A DNA stretch of 64,000 nucleotides. Origin: Anaerolineae bacterium (GTDB lineage Bacteria; Chloroflexota; Anaerolineae; Aggregatilineales; J027). The translations under genes and the position numbers were made by a program. This document shows, one piece after another, positions 35,897 through 46,200 of this stretch (its first letter is position 1; each line of letters starts with the position of its first letter). The notes beneath the pieces are model-generated. The model saw only the letters and a list, made by a program, of their open reading frames with translations, had not been told where the DNA came from and searched no databases. The stretch covers positions 100,885 through 164,884 of the forward strand of contig JAIOHL010000333.1 of the NCBI GenBank assembly GCA_019913005.1, written 5' to 3'.

Positions 35897-37054
35897 TTAG
35901 ACTTTGGTAAAGGGCCTTAGACGCCACGCCGCCTGCAAGATCGCCCAGCGATACGCGATACCCCTCGGCTGATAAATTAAAAACAGCGCCAGTAGCATCC
36001 CCAACAATAGCGGTGGCAGTGCGCCGGGGACGTTGGCAGGATTAATAAATGCCAGCACTTCGACAATGCGCTTTTCAAACAAATCGCGCAACCAATGGAC
36101 AATATAGCGATCCATAAACAGAAAAAAGCCGACACCAAAAGTTGGGCCAAGTGCAAAACCTGCCCCGCCGATCACCAGCATTGCCAGCAAGCGGATACTG
36201 ACTTCAATGTTATAGGCGTCTTTGGTGATGTTGCCATCAATATGGGCTTTCAGACTTCCAGCAACGCCCGCATAGACAGCGCAGACAAAAAAGGCCATCA
36301 TTTTGTATCGAAATACATTGATGCCTAACTGTTCGGCGGCTAGGTCATTATCTCGAATCGAAATCCATGCCCGCCCAACCCGACTGCGTAACAGGTTGCG
36401 TGCCGCAATCCATGTAAAAATCACAAAAAACAACACGATGTAATATTTGTCGAGCGTGGTGGTAAATTCCTCGCCCAAAATGCTGGCGTTCGGCACGATC
36501 ATTTCTGACCCGCCAAAGTCCAAATTGCGGAAAAAGTCATGCAGAAAGCCGATAGATTTGAAGGGGCGGGAGATTTTTTCAGCATCATAACTGGTAAAGG
36601 CCCAAGGAATCATAAACTGGGCACCGAGCGTTGCCATCGCCAGATAAAATCCTTTGACACGTAGGGCGGATAGGCCAAATAGAATTCCCAGCACGCCCGA
36701 AACTATGGCGGCAATGGGCAGCGCAAACACAATTGAGAAGCCACTATCCCGCACTAGCAGAGCCGACGTGTACGCCCCGACCATCATGAAAGCGGCCTGC
36801 CCCAATGAGATTTGCCCATTGTAGCCCAACAGAATATTGAGGCCCGTCACCGAAATCAGGTAAATGCCACCTGTCGTCAAAATGCTTAGGAGGCGCAGGG
36901 GCACGATGCTGGCCCCTAACCCGCCTTGACTTGAAAGCAAGGGTATGGCGATGAGTAACACGAGGAAAAAAACCACCCAAAATAGGTCTACCCGTGTGCG
37001 GACAAGCGACTGATCTTGAATGTAGTTGACATCATAGATACCACTAGGACGCAT
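35897..37054 (-). CDS. livM: ABC transporter permease (LivM-like)
   Basis: 385-aa polytopic protein with GYNGQISLGQAAFMMVGAYTSA, the LivM signature region. Confidence 0.85.
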   Translation of the reverse strand: MRPSGIYDVNYIQDQSLVRTRVDLFWVVFFLVLLIAIPLLSSQGGLGASIVPLRLLSILTTGGIYLISVTGLNILLGYNGQISLGQAAFMMVGAYTSALLVRDSGFSIVFALPIAAIVSGVLGILFGLSALRVKGFYLAMATLGAQFMIPWAFTSYDAEKISRPFKSIGFLHDFFRNLDFGGSEMIVPNASILGEEFTTTLDKYYIVLFFVIFTWIAARNLLRSRVGRAWISIRDNDLAAEQLGINVFRYKMMAFFVCAVYAGVAGSLKAHIDGNITKDAYNIEVSIRLLAMLVIGGAGFALGPTFGVGFFLFMDRYIVHWLRDLFEKRIVEVLAFINPANVPGALPPLLLGMLLALFLIYQPRGIAYRWAILQAAWRLRPFTKV

Positions 37055-37068
37055 GGTGTATCAATCTC

Positions 37069-38358
37069 CTACACACGATCAATGCGCTTCTGACCAAAGA
37101 GGCCAGTTGGCTTAAAGTATAAAACGGTAATCAACACAATGAACGGCGCAAATTCTTGGGCGGCAGTCGTTGAAATAAACAAGATGCTCAGTTGTTCAAC
37201 AATCCCGATAATAACCCCGCCGACGAGCGCACCCGTGACGGAATCCATTCCACCCAACAACACAGCTGGGAACACACGCAGAGCCAGCGCGGGAATGACG
37301 AGGGCACTGAGTCCTGACCCACCTGTGCCTTGAATCACTCCGGCGATACCTGCCATAACCGCAACTGTGCCCCACACAATGGCGAGAATCAGGCGGACTC
37401 GTAGGCCGACACTTTCAGCTAGAACTTGATTTTCGGCGGTGGCCCGCATTGCCAAGCCGATGGAGGTATATTGGAACAACCAGACGAAGGCCAAAAAGGT
37501 CGCAATGGCAATCGCAAAACCCCACGTCAGGTTACGCGGGAAACGCAGCGATTCTCCCAACGCACTTTCAGTATTGACCTTATAATCCGGCAGGGCACGT
37601 GGGGGCAAAATATCGTAACCAATCACGGTATAGATGGTGTTGCCATTCTCATCAATCCCCGTCGGCACGGAAATCGGTTTACTTTCACTTTCTTCAACAA
37701 ACACTGGAATGGGGCGCTCGTCTGCCCCCCAGATCAGTTGGGTTGCACCTTGAATAATGAATCCAATCGCCAGCGTCATCAAAATCGCCGTCAACAGGGG
37801 CTGACCCAGAAGGGGGCGAATGGTGAAGCGTTCGACAAACATGCCGATGAGAATGCTGCCAACAATGCCTGCCATCGCGCCACGCAGGATTTTCGAATCC
37901 TCTTGATTAAGCAAAAACGCCATGACCACAGCAGCAATCAATGCGGGGATTAGTGCAATTTGAAAGCGGCGGTTGGTGAGGATCGTCAGCCATTTACGCC
38001 CGATTTTTTCAAGACGTGCCTGCCAACCAGAACGTCCTTCTGTTGCTGTGTTCGTTTCAGGGCGGACGGTGACTGCCCCAATCCCCATGCTCATGACTGC
38101 GCCAACCACCAAAAACGCGGTTGCCAAACTGAGGCCAGCGGTCACTTGGTCGGATGCACCGTTCTGGAAGACTTGCCAAAAAAAGAGGCCACCAATGAAC
38201 ATCAACCAGCCGTGTGCGAAATTAAATACCCCGGAGGCTTTATTGATGATGACGATGCCGAGGGCTACCAGCGCGTAAATGCCGCCGCTGAGGATACCCC
38301 AGACCGTGAATTGAATGATATTAAAAAGGCTCTGGCCGACTATATTTACATCCGACAT
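37069..38358 (-). CDS. livH: ABC transporter permease (LivH-like) with extra insertions
   Basis: 429 aa. GVFNFAHGWLMFIGG and C-terminal GGMDSVTGALVGG blocks. It is roughly 130 aa longer than the approximately 300-aa LivH proteins I remember. Confidence 0.8.
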   Translation of the reverse strand: MSDVNIVGQSLFNIIQFTVWGILSGGIYALVALGIVIINKASGVFNFAHGWLMFIGGLFFWQVFQNGASDQVTAGLSLATAFLVVGAVMSMGIGAVTVRPETNTATEGRSGWQARLEKIGRKWLTILTNRRFQIALIPALIAAVVMAFLLNQEDSKILRGAMAGIVGSILIGMFVERFTIRPLLGQPLLTAILMTLAIGFIIQGATQLIWGADERPIPVFVEESESKPISVPTGIDENGNTIYTVIGYDILPPRALPDYKVNTESALGESLRFPRNLTWGFAIAIATFLAFVWLFQYTSIGLAMRATAENQVLAESVGLRVRLILAIVWGTVAVMAGIAGVIQGTGGSGLSALVIPALALRVFPAVLLGGMDSVTGALVGGVIIGIVEQLSILFISTTAAQEFAPFIVLITVLYFKPTGLFGQKRIDRV

Positions 38359-38383
38359 AAAGAATAACTCTCCAAATTATTTT

Positions 38384-40390
38384 CTAATCACCTGCCATTT
38401 GAGGCGTTTCAAAACCACCCAATTTGACCACAGGCAGGTCTTGGGTATCACCAACGTTGCGTACACGCACTTCGGTTTCGGTATGACCCACGCGCCCATC
38501 CCGATAGCGGACTTCGGAACGGACAAGCAGCATGGATTCTCCGCCGTAAATCGCGTTTAAGACGTCACCATGCTTTTGTTCCATAAACCGACGGCGCAGT
38601 TTGCGGGTACGGGTGAGTTCTTCTTCATCCGGGTCAAAGGCACGCGGCAAAATGACAAATCGGCGGAGGCGGGCAGGCGGCGGCAGGGTCTTGTTGGTGC
38701 GGTTAACATCTTCCATGATGAGTTCGGCAATCTCATCGCGTTGGGAGAGGTCAACCATCGTCGTAAACGAAAGACCACGTTTTTCGGCCCAGCGTGCCAC
38801 GTTTTCAAAATCGAGGGTAATCAGGGCACTCACATAAGGCATATCGAACCCACCAACCGCCATTGTATCGTAAATATACGGGCTAAATTTGAGGCGGCCT
38901 TCGATATATTGAGGGCTAAAGTGCTCACCGCTGGCAAGGGTGATTAGATCAGACACGCGGTCAAGGTAAATGAGATGCCCATTTTCATCCACATAGCCCG
39001 CGTCACCGGTCTTAAACCAGCCATCGGGGGTCAGGGCTTTTTGGGTCTTTTCATCATCTTTATAGTAGCCCGCAAAGACACTGCGGCTTTTGACCATGAT
39101 CTCGCCACCCTCGCCGAGTTTGACCTCAACCGTTGGTGGGGCTTTGCCGACTGTACCCATACGCACATCGCCGGGGTAATGAATGGTGTGCGTTTGGCAT
39201 TCGGTTGAGCCATAGAGTTGATGTAAGTCTACATTGATGGCGCGGAAGAACCGCAATACATCCGGGCTGAGGGCTGCACCGGAGGTATAGGCATAACGGA
39301 TACGTGAGAGACCTAGTTTATCGCGTAGGGGAGCAAACAAAGCGAACTCCCCGATAAAGCGTAAAAGCTGCATTAGTGGGTCGGGACGTTTGCCTCGTTC
39401 CTCGATTTCAGCCAGTTTATAGCCAATCGGCAAAAAGCGTTTATAGAGCCAACGGTTAATCCAAAAAGAGTCATCCATACGCGCTTGCACGATGCTGACC
39501 AAACTTTCCCACAGGCGGCTGGGGAATAACAGGGTCACAGGGGCAATTTCACGAATATCCTGTTGGACGGTTTCGGCTTTCTCTGGGAAATTGATAACCG
39601 TCCCATAGGTTACATGATAGGTTAGGCCGAGTGATTGCTCGGTAATCCATGCCAGTGGGCTGAACGAGACATAATCGTCATTTTGATCAACTGGCATAAT
39701 GGTATATACATGACGTGAACCATAGATGAGGTTGCGATGCAAAATCATCGCGCCTTTGGGCAGGCTGGTCGTGCCGCTGGTATAGCTCAGAATGGCAATA
39801 TCATCGCCTTTGCCCTGTGACACTAATTCTTCATAAATACCGGGATGTGTTTTGGCATATTCTCGACCTAACGCCTCAACACCGCTAAAGGAAATCAGCC
39901 AGTCGTCGTGATAACCGCGCAAGCTCTTGTCGTCCCAATAAATGACCCGTTTGATATTGGGCACTTTGTCGCGGATTTCGAGCGCATGATCTACCTGTTC
40001 TTGATCTTGAGCGACCAAAAACGAGGCTTCAGAGTTGTTCAACAGATATTCCAGTTCGCGGGGGGTGGCATCGGTAAAAATGCCGATGGTAATGCCTCCA
40101 GCAGATTGGGCGGCGAGTTCGGCCCAATAATATTCGAGGTCGTTATCGCCCACGATACCTACTTTGTCGCCACGCTGAAGGCCCATGCTGACCAACCCCA
40201 AGCAGAAATCATGAACATGCTGGAAACTGTCATTCCATATATGTTCCTGCCAGATGCCATAGCGTTTTTTACGCATCGCCACCTGACCGCCGAGTTTTTT
40301 CGCGGTTTTTATAAAATTCTTGGGCACGGTATCGCCGTCAGGGGCCAACGTGCCAATTGGGTCGTTTGGAATTGCAGTATTGGTCATCAC
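38384..40390 (-). CDS. AMP-dependent (long-chain) acyl-CoA synthetase/ligase
   Basis: 668 aa with the AMP-binding motif ILSYTSGTTSLPKGAMILH, plus YGSTEC and FKTGDAGYVDENGHLIYLDR. Confidence 0.85.
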   Translation of the reverse strand: MMTNTAIPNDPIGTLAPDGDTVPKNFIKTAKKLGGQVAMRKKRYGIWQEHIWNDSFQHVHDFCLGLVSMGLQRGDKVGIVGDNDLEYYWAELAAQSAGGITIGIFTDATPRELEYLLNNSEASFLVAQDQEQVDHALEIRDKVPNIKRVIYWDDKSLRGYHDDWLISFSGVEALGREYAKTHPGIYEELVSQGKGDDIAILSYTSGTTSLPKGAMILHRNLIYGSRHVYTIMPVDQNDDYVSFSPLAWITEQSLGLTYHVTYGTVINFPEKAETVQQDIREIAPVTLLFPSRLWESLVSIVQARMDDSFWINRWLYKRFLPIGYKLAEIEERGKRPDPLMQLLRFIGEFALFAPLRDKLGLSRIRYAYTSGAALSPDVLRFFRAINVDLHQLYGSTECQTHTIHYPGDVRMGTVGKAPPTVEVKLGEGGEIMVKSRSVFAGYYKDDEKTQKALTPDGWFKTGDAGYVDENGHLIYLDRVSDLITLASGEHFSPQYIEGRLKFSPYIYDTMAVGGFDMPYVSALITLDFENVARWAEKRGLSFTTMVDLSQRDEIAELIMEDVNRTNKTLPPPARLRRFVILPRAFDPDEEELTRTRKLRRRFMEQKHGDVLNAIYGGESMLLVRSEVRYRDGRVGHTETEVRVRNVGDTQDLPVVKLGGFETPQMAGD

Positions 40391-40415
40391 AAGCCCTCAA
40401 AAAAGGATATTTTAT

Positions 40416-41267
40416 TTAAACGGTCTCTTCACCCAAATAGGCTTCAATCACTTTGGGGTCACGGCGGATTTCGTCGGGTGTGCCTTCAGCAATCTTTTGA
40501 CCAAAATCTAACACCACAATACGATCCGCAATATCCATGACCAAGCCCATATCGTGTTCGATCAACACAATCGTTGTGCCGTTGTAATCGTGAATATCGA
40601 GGATAAAGCGGGCCATGTCTTCTTTTTCTTCAACATTCATGCCCGCCATTGGTTCATCTAGCAGCAATAATTTGGGTTGTAGTACCAATGCACGGCCTAA
40701 TTCGACCCGTTTACGCAAGCCATACGCTAACGTTCCAACCGTGCGCTTGCGGACATGATTCATTTCAAGGAAATCAATCACTTCTTCTACAATGGCCCGA
40801 TTTTCAATATCTTCTTGAATAGCAGGCTTCCAATATTTGCCGATGGAATCACGCAGATTAGGAGGCAAAAATCTAAATACATCCCAATAGACCGCACCGC
40901 TGATGAGGCCGGATTTCATAAAAATATGCCGAGCCGCCATCAGATTATCGAGGGTGGTCATGTGGGTGTAGAGGGCGATATTTTGAAAGGTGCGGGCAAT
41001 TCCCAATGGAGCACGCTTGTAGGTGGGCAGGTTGGTAATATCGCGGCCTTCAAAGAGAATCCGACCCTGCTGAGGATGATAAAAACCGCTAATGCTGTTG
41101 ATGGTACTGGTTTTGCCCGCACCATTGGGGCCAATAATCGCAAAAATTTCGCCGGGGTTTACCTTAAAATCAACATTTTGGATGGCTTTGATGCCGCCAA
41201 AGCTGAGCGATATTTTTTCAACATGCAAGATTGGGCCGCTGGAAGCGCCATTTTCCGCCGGGGGCAT
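40416..41267 (-). CDS. livG: Branched-chain-amino-acid-type ABC transporter ATP-binding protein (LivG-like)
   Basis: 283 aa with Walker A GPNGAGKTS, signature-like LAYGLRKRVEL and Walker B LLLDEPMAG. Confidence 0.85.
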   Translation of the reverse strand: MPPAENGASSGPILHVEKISLSFGGIKAIQNVDFKVNPGEIFAIIGPNGAGKTSTINSISGFYHPQQGRILFEGRDITNLPTYKRAPLGIARTFQNIALYTHMTTLDNLMAARHIFMKSGLISGAVYWDVFRFLPPNLRDSIGKYWKPAIQEDIENRAIVEEVIDFLEMNHVRKRTVGTLAYGLRKRVELGRALVLQPKLLLLDEPMAGMNVEEKEDMARFILDIHDYNGTTIVLIEHDMGLVMDIADRIVVLDFGQKIAEGTPDEIRRDPKVIEAYLGEETV

Positions 41268-41310
41268 ATTTTATAAGTTCCTCTAAACCCAAAAACTCTA
41301 AGTTGTCCAC

Positions 41311-41338
41311 ATTGTAGACGATTCACGCCAAAAGTCAA
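41311..41338 (-). promoter_or_regulatory. Candidate promoter of the livG...doc string
   Basis: On the minus strand: TTGACT (41338-41333), a 16-nt spacer, then TACAAT (41316-41311). It lies about 44 nt upstream of the livG ATG. Confidence 0.5.
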
Positions 41339-41427
41339 ACATGGGTTTAGCCACCGCTAGTCAGGTTTTGATGAATGGTGTAGAGTATTGGGAGTGTGCT
41401 ATCAACCATTGAAAGGAACCGGGGGTT

Positions 41428-41745
41428 ATGAACCGTCGAACTGTTTTTGGTTTGTTGCTGCTTTTGCTCCTCATCATCTTCTTGGCGCAAAATACCCAAG
41501 ATGCGACTGTCAAGTTTTTGTTTATCGAGGAATCTGTCCCTCAAACTGTTGCCATCCTGATTTCGACTCTGATTGGTATCTTCTTCGGCATCTTTGGGCC
41601 AAGAATTTTGGACCTTATGTATGAGAGCCGCAAAGAAAAACAGGAAAAGGAAAAACTGAAGCAAGAAATCGCATCGGTAGCCAAGACGACGGCGGAAGAA
41701 GTGCTGCAAGAAGCGAATCTTACGAGCACTGACCCAAACAAATAA
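41428..41745 (+). CDS. LapA-domain (DUF1049) small membrane protein
   Basis: 105 aa with two TM helices flanking ...QNTQDATVKFLF..., then a charged K/E-rich tail. Confidence 0.6.
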   Translation: MNRRTVFGLLLLLLLIIFLAQNTQDATVKFLFIEESVPQTVAILISTLIGIFFGIFGPRILDLMYESRKEKQEKEKLKQEIASVAKTTAEEVLQEANLTSTDPNK

Positions 41746-41755
41746 CTAACCGCCG

Positions 41756-42808
41756 ATGGACAGGATAGAAAAAGATTTCGAGTATTTTCTAAATCACACC
41801 CTCAGCTTGGGGCTTTCCGATGATACAGTGCGGATTGTGCTGGCAATCGGGTTATTTTTGCTGACCCTGTTGGCCCGTCAAGTGGTTGACCGTCTATTGG
41901 TCTTGGTTGCCAAATTGATGGGACGCAGCAAAACTACCCTTGATGATCGGCTGGTGATGGCCTTTGATACACCCGCCCAACTGCTGGTCACGATTATCGG
42001 CTTTTGGACTGCGCTGGATGTTTTAGAAATTGGGCCGGAAATCAGCGCGGTTTCTGACCAAGTTTTCATTGCCATTGTGACAGCCATCGTCTTCTGGGGA
42101 TTGTATCGTTCGATTGATGTGCTGGTAGATTCACTAGAGACACAGCGCAACCGCATCAAACGCATTGATGCCAATGTAGCCCGCTTTTTACGGCAAATTG
42201 GGCGGGCACTGGTGCTGATTTTTGGTATCGTGCTGGTGATGGAGCAGTTTGGCTATAACCTCAGCACACTGGTGGCTGGGCTGGGCATTACGGGCTTGGC
42301 GATTGCGCTGGCTGCCCAAGATGCCCTATCGAATCTTATCGGCTACTTTGTGATTATGGCGGATTCCCCATTTCAAGTGGGGGATCACGTCATCGTCAAA
42401 GATAGCGAGGGCACAGTCGAGGGCTTAGGTTTCCGCACCACCCGTATTCGCAAATATGACCAATCATTGGTGTTTGTCCCCAATCGGGACGTTGCCAATT
42501 CGAGCGTTATCAATTGGTCGCGTTTAAACAAACGGCGCTTGGAAATGACGCTTAATATCAAACGCGACACCCCGCCAGAAAAAGTCTTGGGTGTGATTAA
42601 CAGCATCCGCACCACGTTAAATGCACACGAGCGAATCATCGCCGAATCGCCCGTTGTCCAATTTATTGCGATTGAAGGAGCCGCCCTCCAAATTCGGGTG
42701 GTGGCTTATTTCAGTGTTTCCAAAACTGAAGCCTTCCAAGCCATTCAACAGGATATCAATTTGCTGATACTAAAAATCCTCAGTCACTACGGGGTCGAAT
42801 TTGCTTAG
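41756..42808 (+). CDS. Mechanosensitive ion channel, MscS family
   Basis: 350 aa with N-terminal TM helices. The pore-helix/beta-domain pattern is GLGITGLAIALAAQDALSNLIGYFVIMADSPFQVGDHV...VEGLGFRTTRIRKYD...VFVPN. Confidence 0.85.
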   Translation: MDRIEKDFEYFLNHTLSLGLSDDTVRIVLAIGLFLLTLLARQVVDRLLVLVAKLMGRSKTTLDDRLVMAFDTPAQLLVTIIGFWTALDVLEIGPEISAVSDQVFIAIVTAIVFWGLYRSIDVLVDSLETQRNRIKRIDANVARFLRQIGRALVLIFGIVLVMEQFGYNLSTLVAGLGITGLAIALAAQDALSNLIGYFVIMADSPFQVGDHVIVKDSEGTVEGLGFRTTRIRKYDQSLVFVPNRDVANSSVINWSRLNKRRLEMTLNIKRDTPPEKVLGVINSIRTTLNAHERIIAESPVVQFIAIEGAALQIRVVAYFSVSKTEAFQAIQQDINLLILKILSHYGVEFA

Positions 42809-42811
42809 GCA

Positions 42812-45409
42812 TTACCATTTGCTGTCATCATCGTCGTTTTCCGGGAGAGCCTCATCTAAATCCACATCCATTGAGGCTTCTACCTCGGCTAATGCTTCCT
42901 CCGCTGCTGCTTTGGCCGCCGATGTTAGACCAACCCGACTTGCCGCCGGATTGATGATGGTCGGGTTCGTTTCGATGAAGGGGGCGTCTTTGTCCTCCTC
43001 TTCATCAGCTTCCACCGGCTCAACAGGTTTTTCGGGTGGCGGTGCAACGGACGCTGCTATCACCGGCCTAGCGGGTTCTTTAGCTAATTCGGCTAAACCC
43101 GCAGGTGGCTTTGGCTGTGTTGGACGCGCAGTGGCAGTACCCCCAGAGAAGGTCATCACACGGCGTCCACCTTCGGGCGGGGTGATGGGCAGGACGATAT
43201 AGAACGTACTACCGGGGAGTTTATCGGGGTCAAAGCCTTCACTTTCAGCCCAAACCCGTCCGCCGTGCCCTGTAATTACACCACGCGCAATCGTCAACCC
43301 CAAGCCGGGGCCGGCCCCCATAAATTTCGTCGTGCCCGTCGAGTGCAGACCGGGGTCGGTAGTGCGGAAGAATTTTTCAAAAATGGCCTCGTGGTTTTTG
43401 GGATCAATTCCGATGCCGGAGTCCTTGATAGCGATTTGAATCTCATCCCTGCCCGTTTGCGTATTCGAGACCAAGCTGCCAATGATGTCAATGCGTCCGC
43501 CATCGGGGGTAAATTTAACGGCGTTCAAGACCACATTGCGAATAGCCTGCACCAAACGCTGCATGTCGGCCTCAATAACAGGTAGGCCGCGCAAACCTCG
43601 TGCGGTCAGAGACTGCTTGCGATTGCGGATACTCTCTTGCAGGGGTTCTATCGCCAAACGTACCACATTTTCAATGGTGGTCTGGGCAAAGCGCAAATCC
43701 ATCGCGCTCAGGTCAAGCTGGCTAACATCCAACATATCGCCGATCAGGGTTTCTAGGCGGTCAGCGGCCCGGCGCAAATTAGCAGTTAGGCCCGTCAATT
43801 GATCTTGGTCAAGGATGCCCTGCTCATTGAGGGCTTCAATAATATCGGTATGACCACGAATCTGGGCCAGTGGGGTACGCAGTTCATGGCTGGCGATGGT
43901 GATAAAGTCGGTTTTTACCGCGTCGAGAGCTTCCAGTTGACGTTTGGCGGCTTCAAGGCGTTTGTTGCTTTCGGCGACATCATGCTCTCGTTTACGCAGG
44001 TCATCTACCAGACGGGAATTTCGCAAGGCAATCCCAGTCTGATTGGCAATGGTTGTCAGCAGTTCAAGGTCGCTGGCCGAGAATGGGGCATCGTTCAATT
44101 TTGGCCCGGACGCCAATACACCAATCAGCCGCCCCTGAACCATAATTGGGGCAAAGGCGGCCATCCGTAACTGACGGAAAAATTCGCGCTCGACTGGAAT
44201 CACTTCGCCATATTCTTTGGCGTAATCGAGGTCAAATTGGAGTAGGGGAAGACGATGTTTAATAAAATGGCTGTGGATGGGGCTTTCGGCACTCAGCCAC
44301 CCCTGCGTTGGGGGAACTTCCCCCAATGAGACTTTGTGCGGTTCAATGCGCAGCGTGTTGGAATGTTCCCCTGCCGAAACAATCAGCAGTGCCCCACGCC
44401 GCACCCGCACCACATCACGCAGAGTATTCATGACCACTTGGGCCAATTCATCAATCTCGACGACGCCAGTGATGGTTTCAACAAAACGACGTACTTCCGA
44501 ACCAACATCATCTACATCTTGGCGGATCAGACGGGCGGAAAGTGCCTGTGAAATCAAATATAGTGGGCCATAGAGGGCAGCAGTAATTAGCGCTAAACCG
44601 ACTAGCACGATGCGGCGGTTATCTACCTCGTCCGCTTTGATTTCGTCGGCAATGAGCAGCACACCCCAGATCAACACAGCCGTGATGAGTGTTAGGACTA
44701 AATTAACCGTGCTGAGGCGAATCGTTTGGCGGATGTCTACGACGCGCAGTTGGATCACACCATAAACAACACCCGCAACACCAAGCAATTGAACAACCCA
44801 ACCAACCTCACGTAGGAACTCGGCGTGACTGGAGTTTAAAACAGCCCCGGTCAATACAAATGGCACAACCAGCGCCCAAAACAAGGCACGGTTGGCGACT
44901 TCGGGTAATCCGGCGGCATAAAAGCGTTGGAATGACAATCCTAACAAAATGACGGCAATCACCGCCCACCCGCCAATCACAATGAGACCAGCCGGGTCGG
45001 GATCATCAATCAGGTCGGCAATCCAATTTTCCGCGCCGAGGGGTGATTCACCGAATACCCCTAATCCGACTAACGCGACACACCAGCCCAGTCCTAACAC
45101 GAGGGCGATCAAGGCGATTCGACGCTTTTTTAGGAAGAATATGAGGGTCAAAACGGCGTAGGCGACCAGCATGAAACTCAAAAGATAAATGACCAGCGAC
45201 GTTTGGGTCAGGCGGTCTTCCACAAAATCGCCGCTGTCGGGCGACACAATCGAAACCAAACTGGCAAGGGTTGCAAACATCAAAACCCCCATGAGCCACG
45301 GCATGGTTTCTGAACTGATCTTGTGCCGATTGCGCCATACAATCGCAAGCAAGCCGAAGTAAAGTAGGGTCATGATACCGGCTATGATTGATGAGGCTTC
45401 GAGTTCCAC
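42812..45409 (-). CDS. Sensor histidine kinase: polytopic N-terminal domain + GAF + HisKA + HATPase_c + acidic Pro/Ala-rich tail
   Basis: 865 aa with about 8-10 TM helices, a GAF-like region, an H-box SHELRTPL, and a G2 box GAGPGLGLTIARG. GTG start. No response regulator gene lies adjacent. Confidence 0.8.
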   Translation of the reverse strand: MELEASSIIAGIMTLLYFGLLAIVWRNRHKISSETMPWLMGVLMFATLASLVSIVSPDSGDFVEDRLTQTSLVIYLLSFMLVAYAVLTLIFFLKKRRIALIALVLGLGWCVALVGLGVFGESPLGAENWIADLIDDPDPAGLIVIGGWAVIAVILLGLSFQRFYAAGLPEVANRALFWALVVPFVLTGAVLNSSHAEFLREVGWVVQLLGVAGVVYGVIQLRVVDIRQTIRLSTVNLVLTLITAVLIWGVLLIADEIKADEVDNRRIVLVGLALITAALYGPLYLISQALSARLIRQDVDDVGSEVRRFVETITGVVEIDELAQVVMNTLRDVVRVRRGALLIVSAGEHSNTLRIEPHKVSLGEVPPTQGWLSAESPIHSHFIKHRLPLLQFDLDYAKEYGEVIPVEREFFRQLRMAAFAPIMVQGRLIGVLASGPKLNDAPFSASDLELLTTIANQTGIALRNSRLVDDLRKREHDVAESNKRLEAAKRQLEALDAVKTDFITIASHELRTPLAQIRGHTDIIEALNEQGILDQDQLTGLTANLRRAADRLETLIGDMLDVSQLDLSAMDLRFAQTTIENVVRLAIEPLQESIRNRKQSLTARGLRGLPVIEADMQRLVQAIRNVVLNAVKFTPDGGRIDIIGSLVSNTQTGRDEIQIAIKDSGIGIDPKNHEAIFEKFFRTTDPGLHSTGTTKFMGAGPGLGLTIARGVITGHGGRVWAESEGFDPDKLPGSTFYIVLPITPPEGGRRVMTFSGGTATARPTQPKPPAGLAELAKEPARPVIAASVAPPPEKPVEPVEADEEEDKDAPFIETNPTIINPAASRVGLTSAAKAAAEEALAEVEASMDVDLDEALPENDDDDSKW

Positions 45410-45469
45410 GCGGTTTTTAACTCCATCATGTGTTCATAATAAATCAGACCGCCACCCTTGATTATAGCC

Positions 45470-46108
45470 CTATCCCAGAAATTCTACTGTCCGCGTCGAA
45501 ATGGGTGTACTGGTTGGACGCGGGGTAAAGGTCGGATAGAGAGTACGCGAGGGTATCGGCGTTAAGGTCGGTGCAGGTGTCCATGTCGGCGGCAGAGTGT
45601 TTTGGATAATCGGCGTACTGGTCGGACGCGGCGTAAACGTCATGGACGGTGTAAAACTTGGACTGGGAGTAAATGTTTTGGTCACAGGGATCGGTGTCGG
45701 CTCGTCGTTTTGCGACTGGCGTATCACCGCAGCAGCCAAGACCACCACCAGCATCAGCACAATCGCAACTCCCACGATCACCACATCTTGCTGTGACAAG
45801 AAAGCCTGTTTGGGCCGACGGGGAGCAAATGCCGCCGCTAATGGGTCATCAGAATAAAAAGTCTCCCCTAGTTGTTGGAGGGCTACCCGTGCGGTCTCAT
45901 TATTGGGTTCAATTTGCAAAACCCGCCGAAGGGCCGTCACACGTTCATCACGAGTGGTCGCCGCCGAAGCCAGCCACAACCATGCCGCTGCAAAATTGGC
46001 ATCTTCCACCACGATTTGTTGCAGTAGACGCCGCCCTTCGGTTGGATTGCCAGACTGAATATATTGAATCGCTTCTTCAAGCAAGCGATGATGTTCTGAT
46101 GACGCCAC
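45470..46108 (-). CDS. TPR-like N-terminal domain, single TM helix, Pro/Thr-rich repetitive tail
   Basis: 212 aa: AIQYIQSGNPTEGRRLLQQIV...AAWLWLA (TPR-like), a TM helix VVIVGVAIVLMLVVVLAAAVI, then TFTPSPSFTPSMTFTPRPTSTP...TFTPRPTSTP. Confidence 0.6.
   Translation of the reverse strand: MASSEHHRLLEEAIQYIQSGNPTEGRRLLQQIVVEDANFAAAWLWLASAATTRDERVTALRRVLQIEPNNETARVALQQLGETFYSDDPLAAAFAPRRPKQAFLSQQDVVIVGVAIVLMLVVVLAAAVIRQSQNDEPTPIPVTKTFTPSPSFTPSMTFTPRPTSTPIIQNTLPPTWTPAPTLTPIPSRTLYPTFTPRPTSTPISTRTVEFLG
45504..45641. repeat. Internal 30-nt direct repeat (26/30 identical) inside the PT-rich tail
   Basis: GGTGTACTGGTTGGACGCGGGGTAAAGGTC (45504-45533) and GGCGTACTGGTCGGACGCGGCGTAAACGTC (45612-45641). 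Both encode (T)FTPRPTSTP on the minus strand. Confidence 0.6.
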
Positions 46109-46200
46109 AAGACGACTCCCAGAGGTACAAATGGTACACCTGAAATCGTACAGGTAAATTGTAGAATGGTCAAACGATTTGGTTAAGAGAGGGAAAAATG

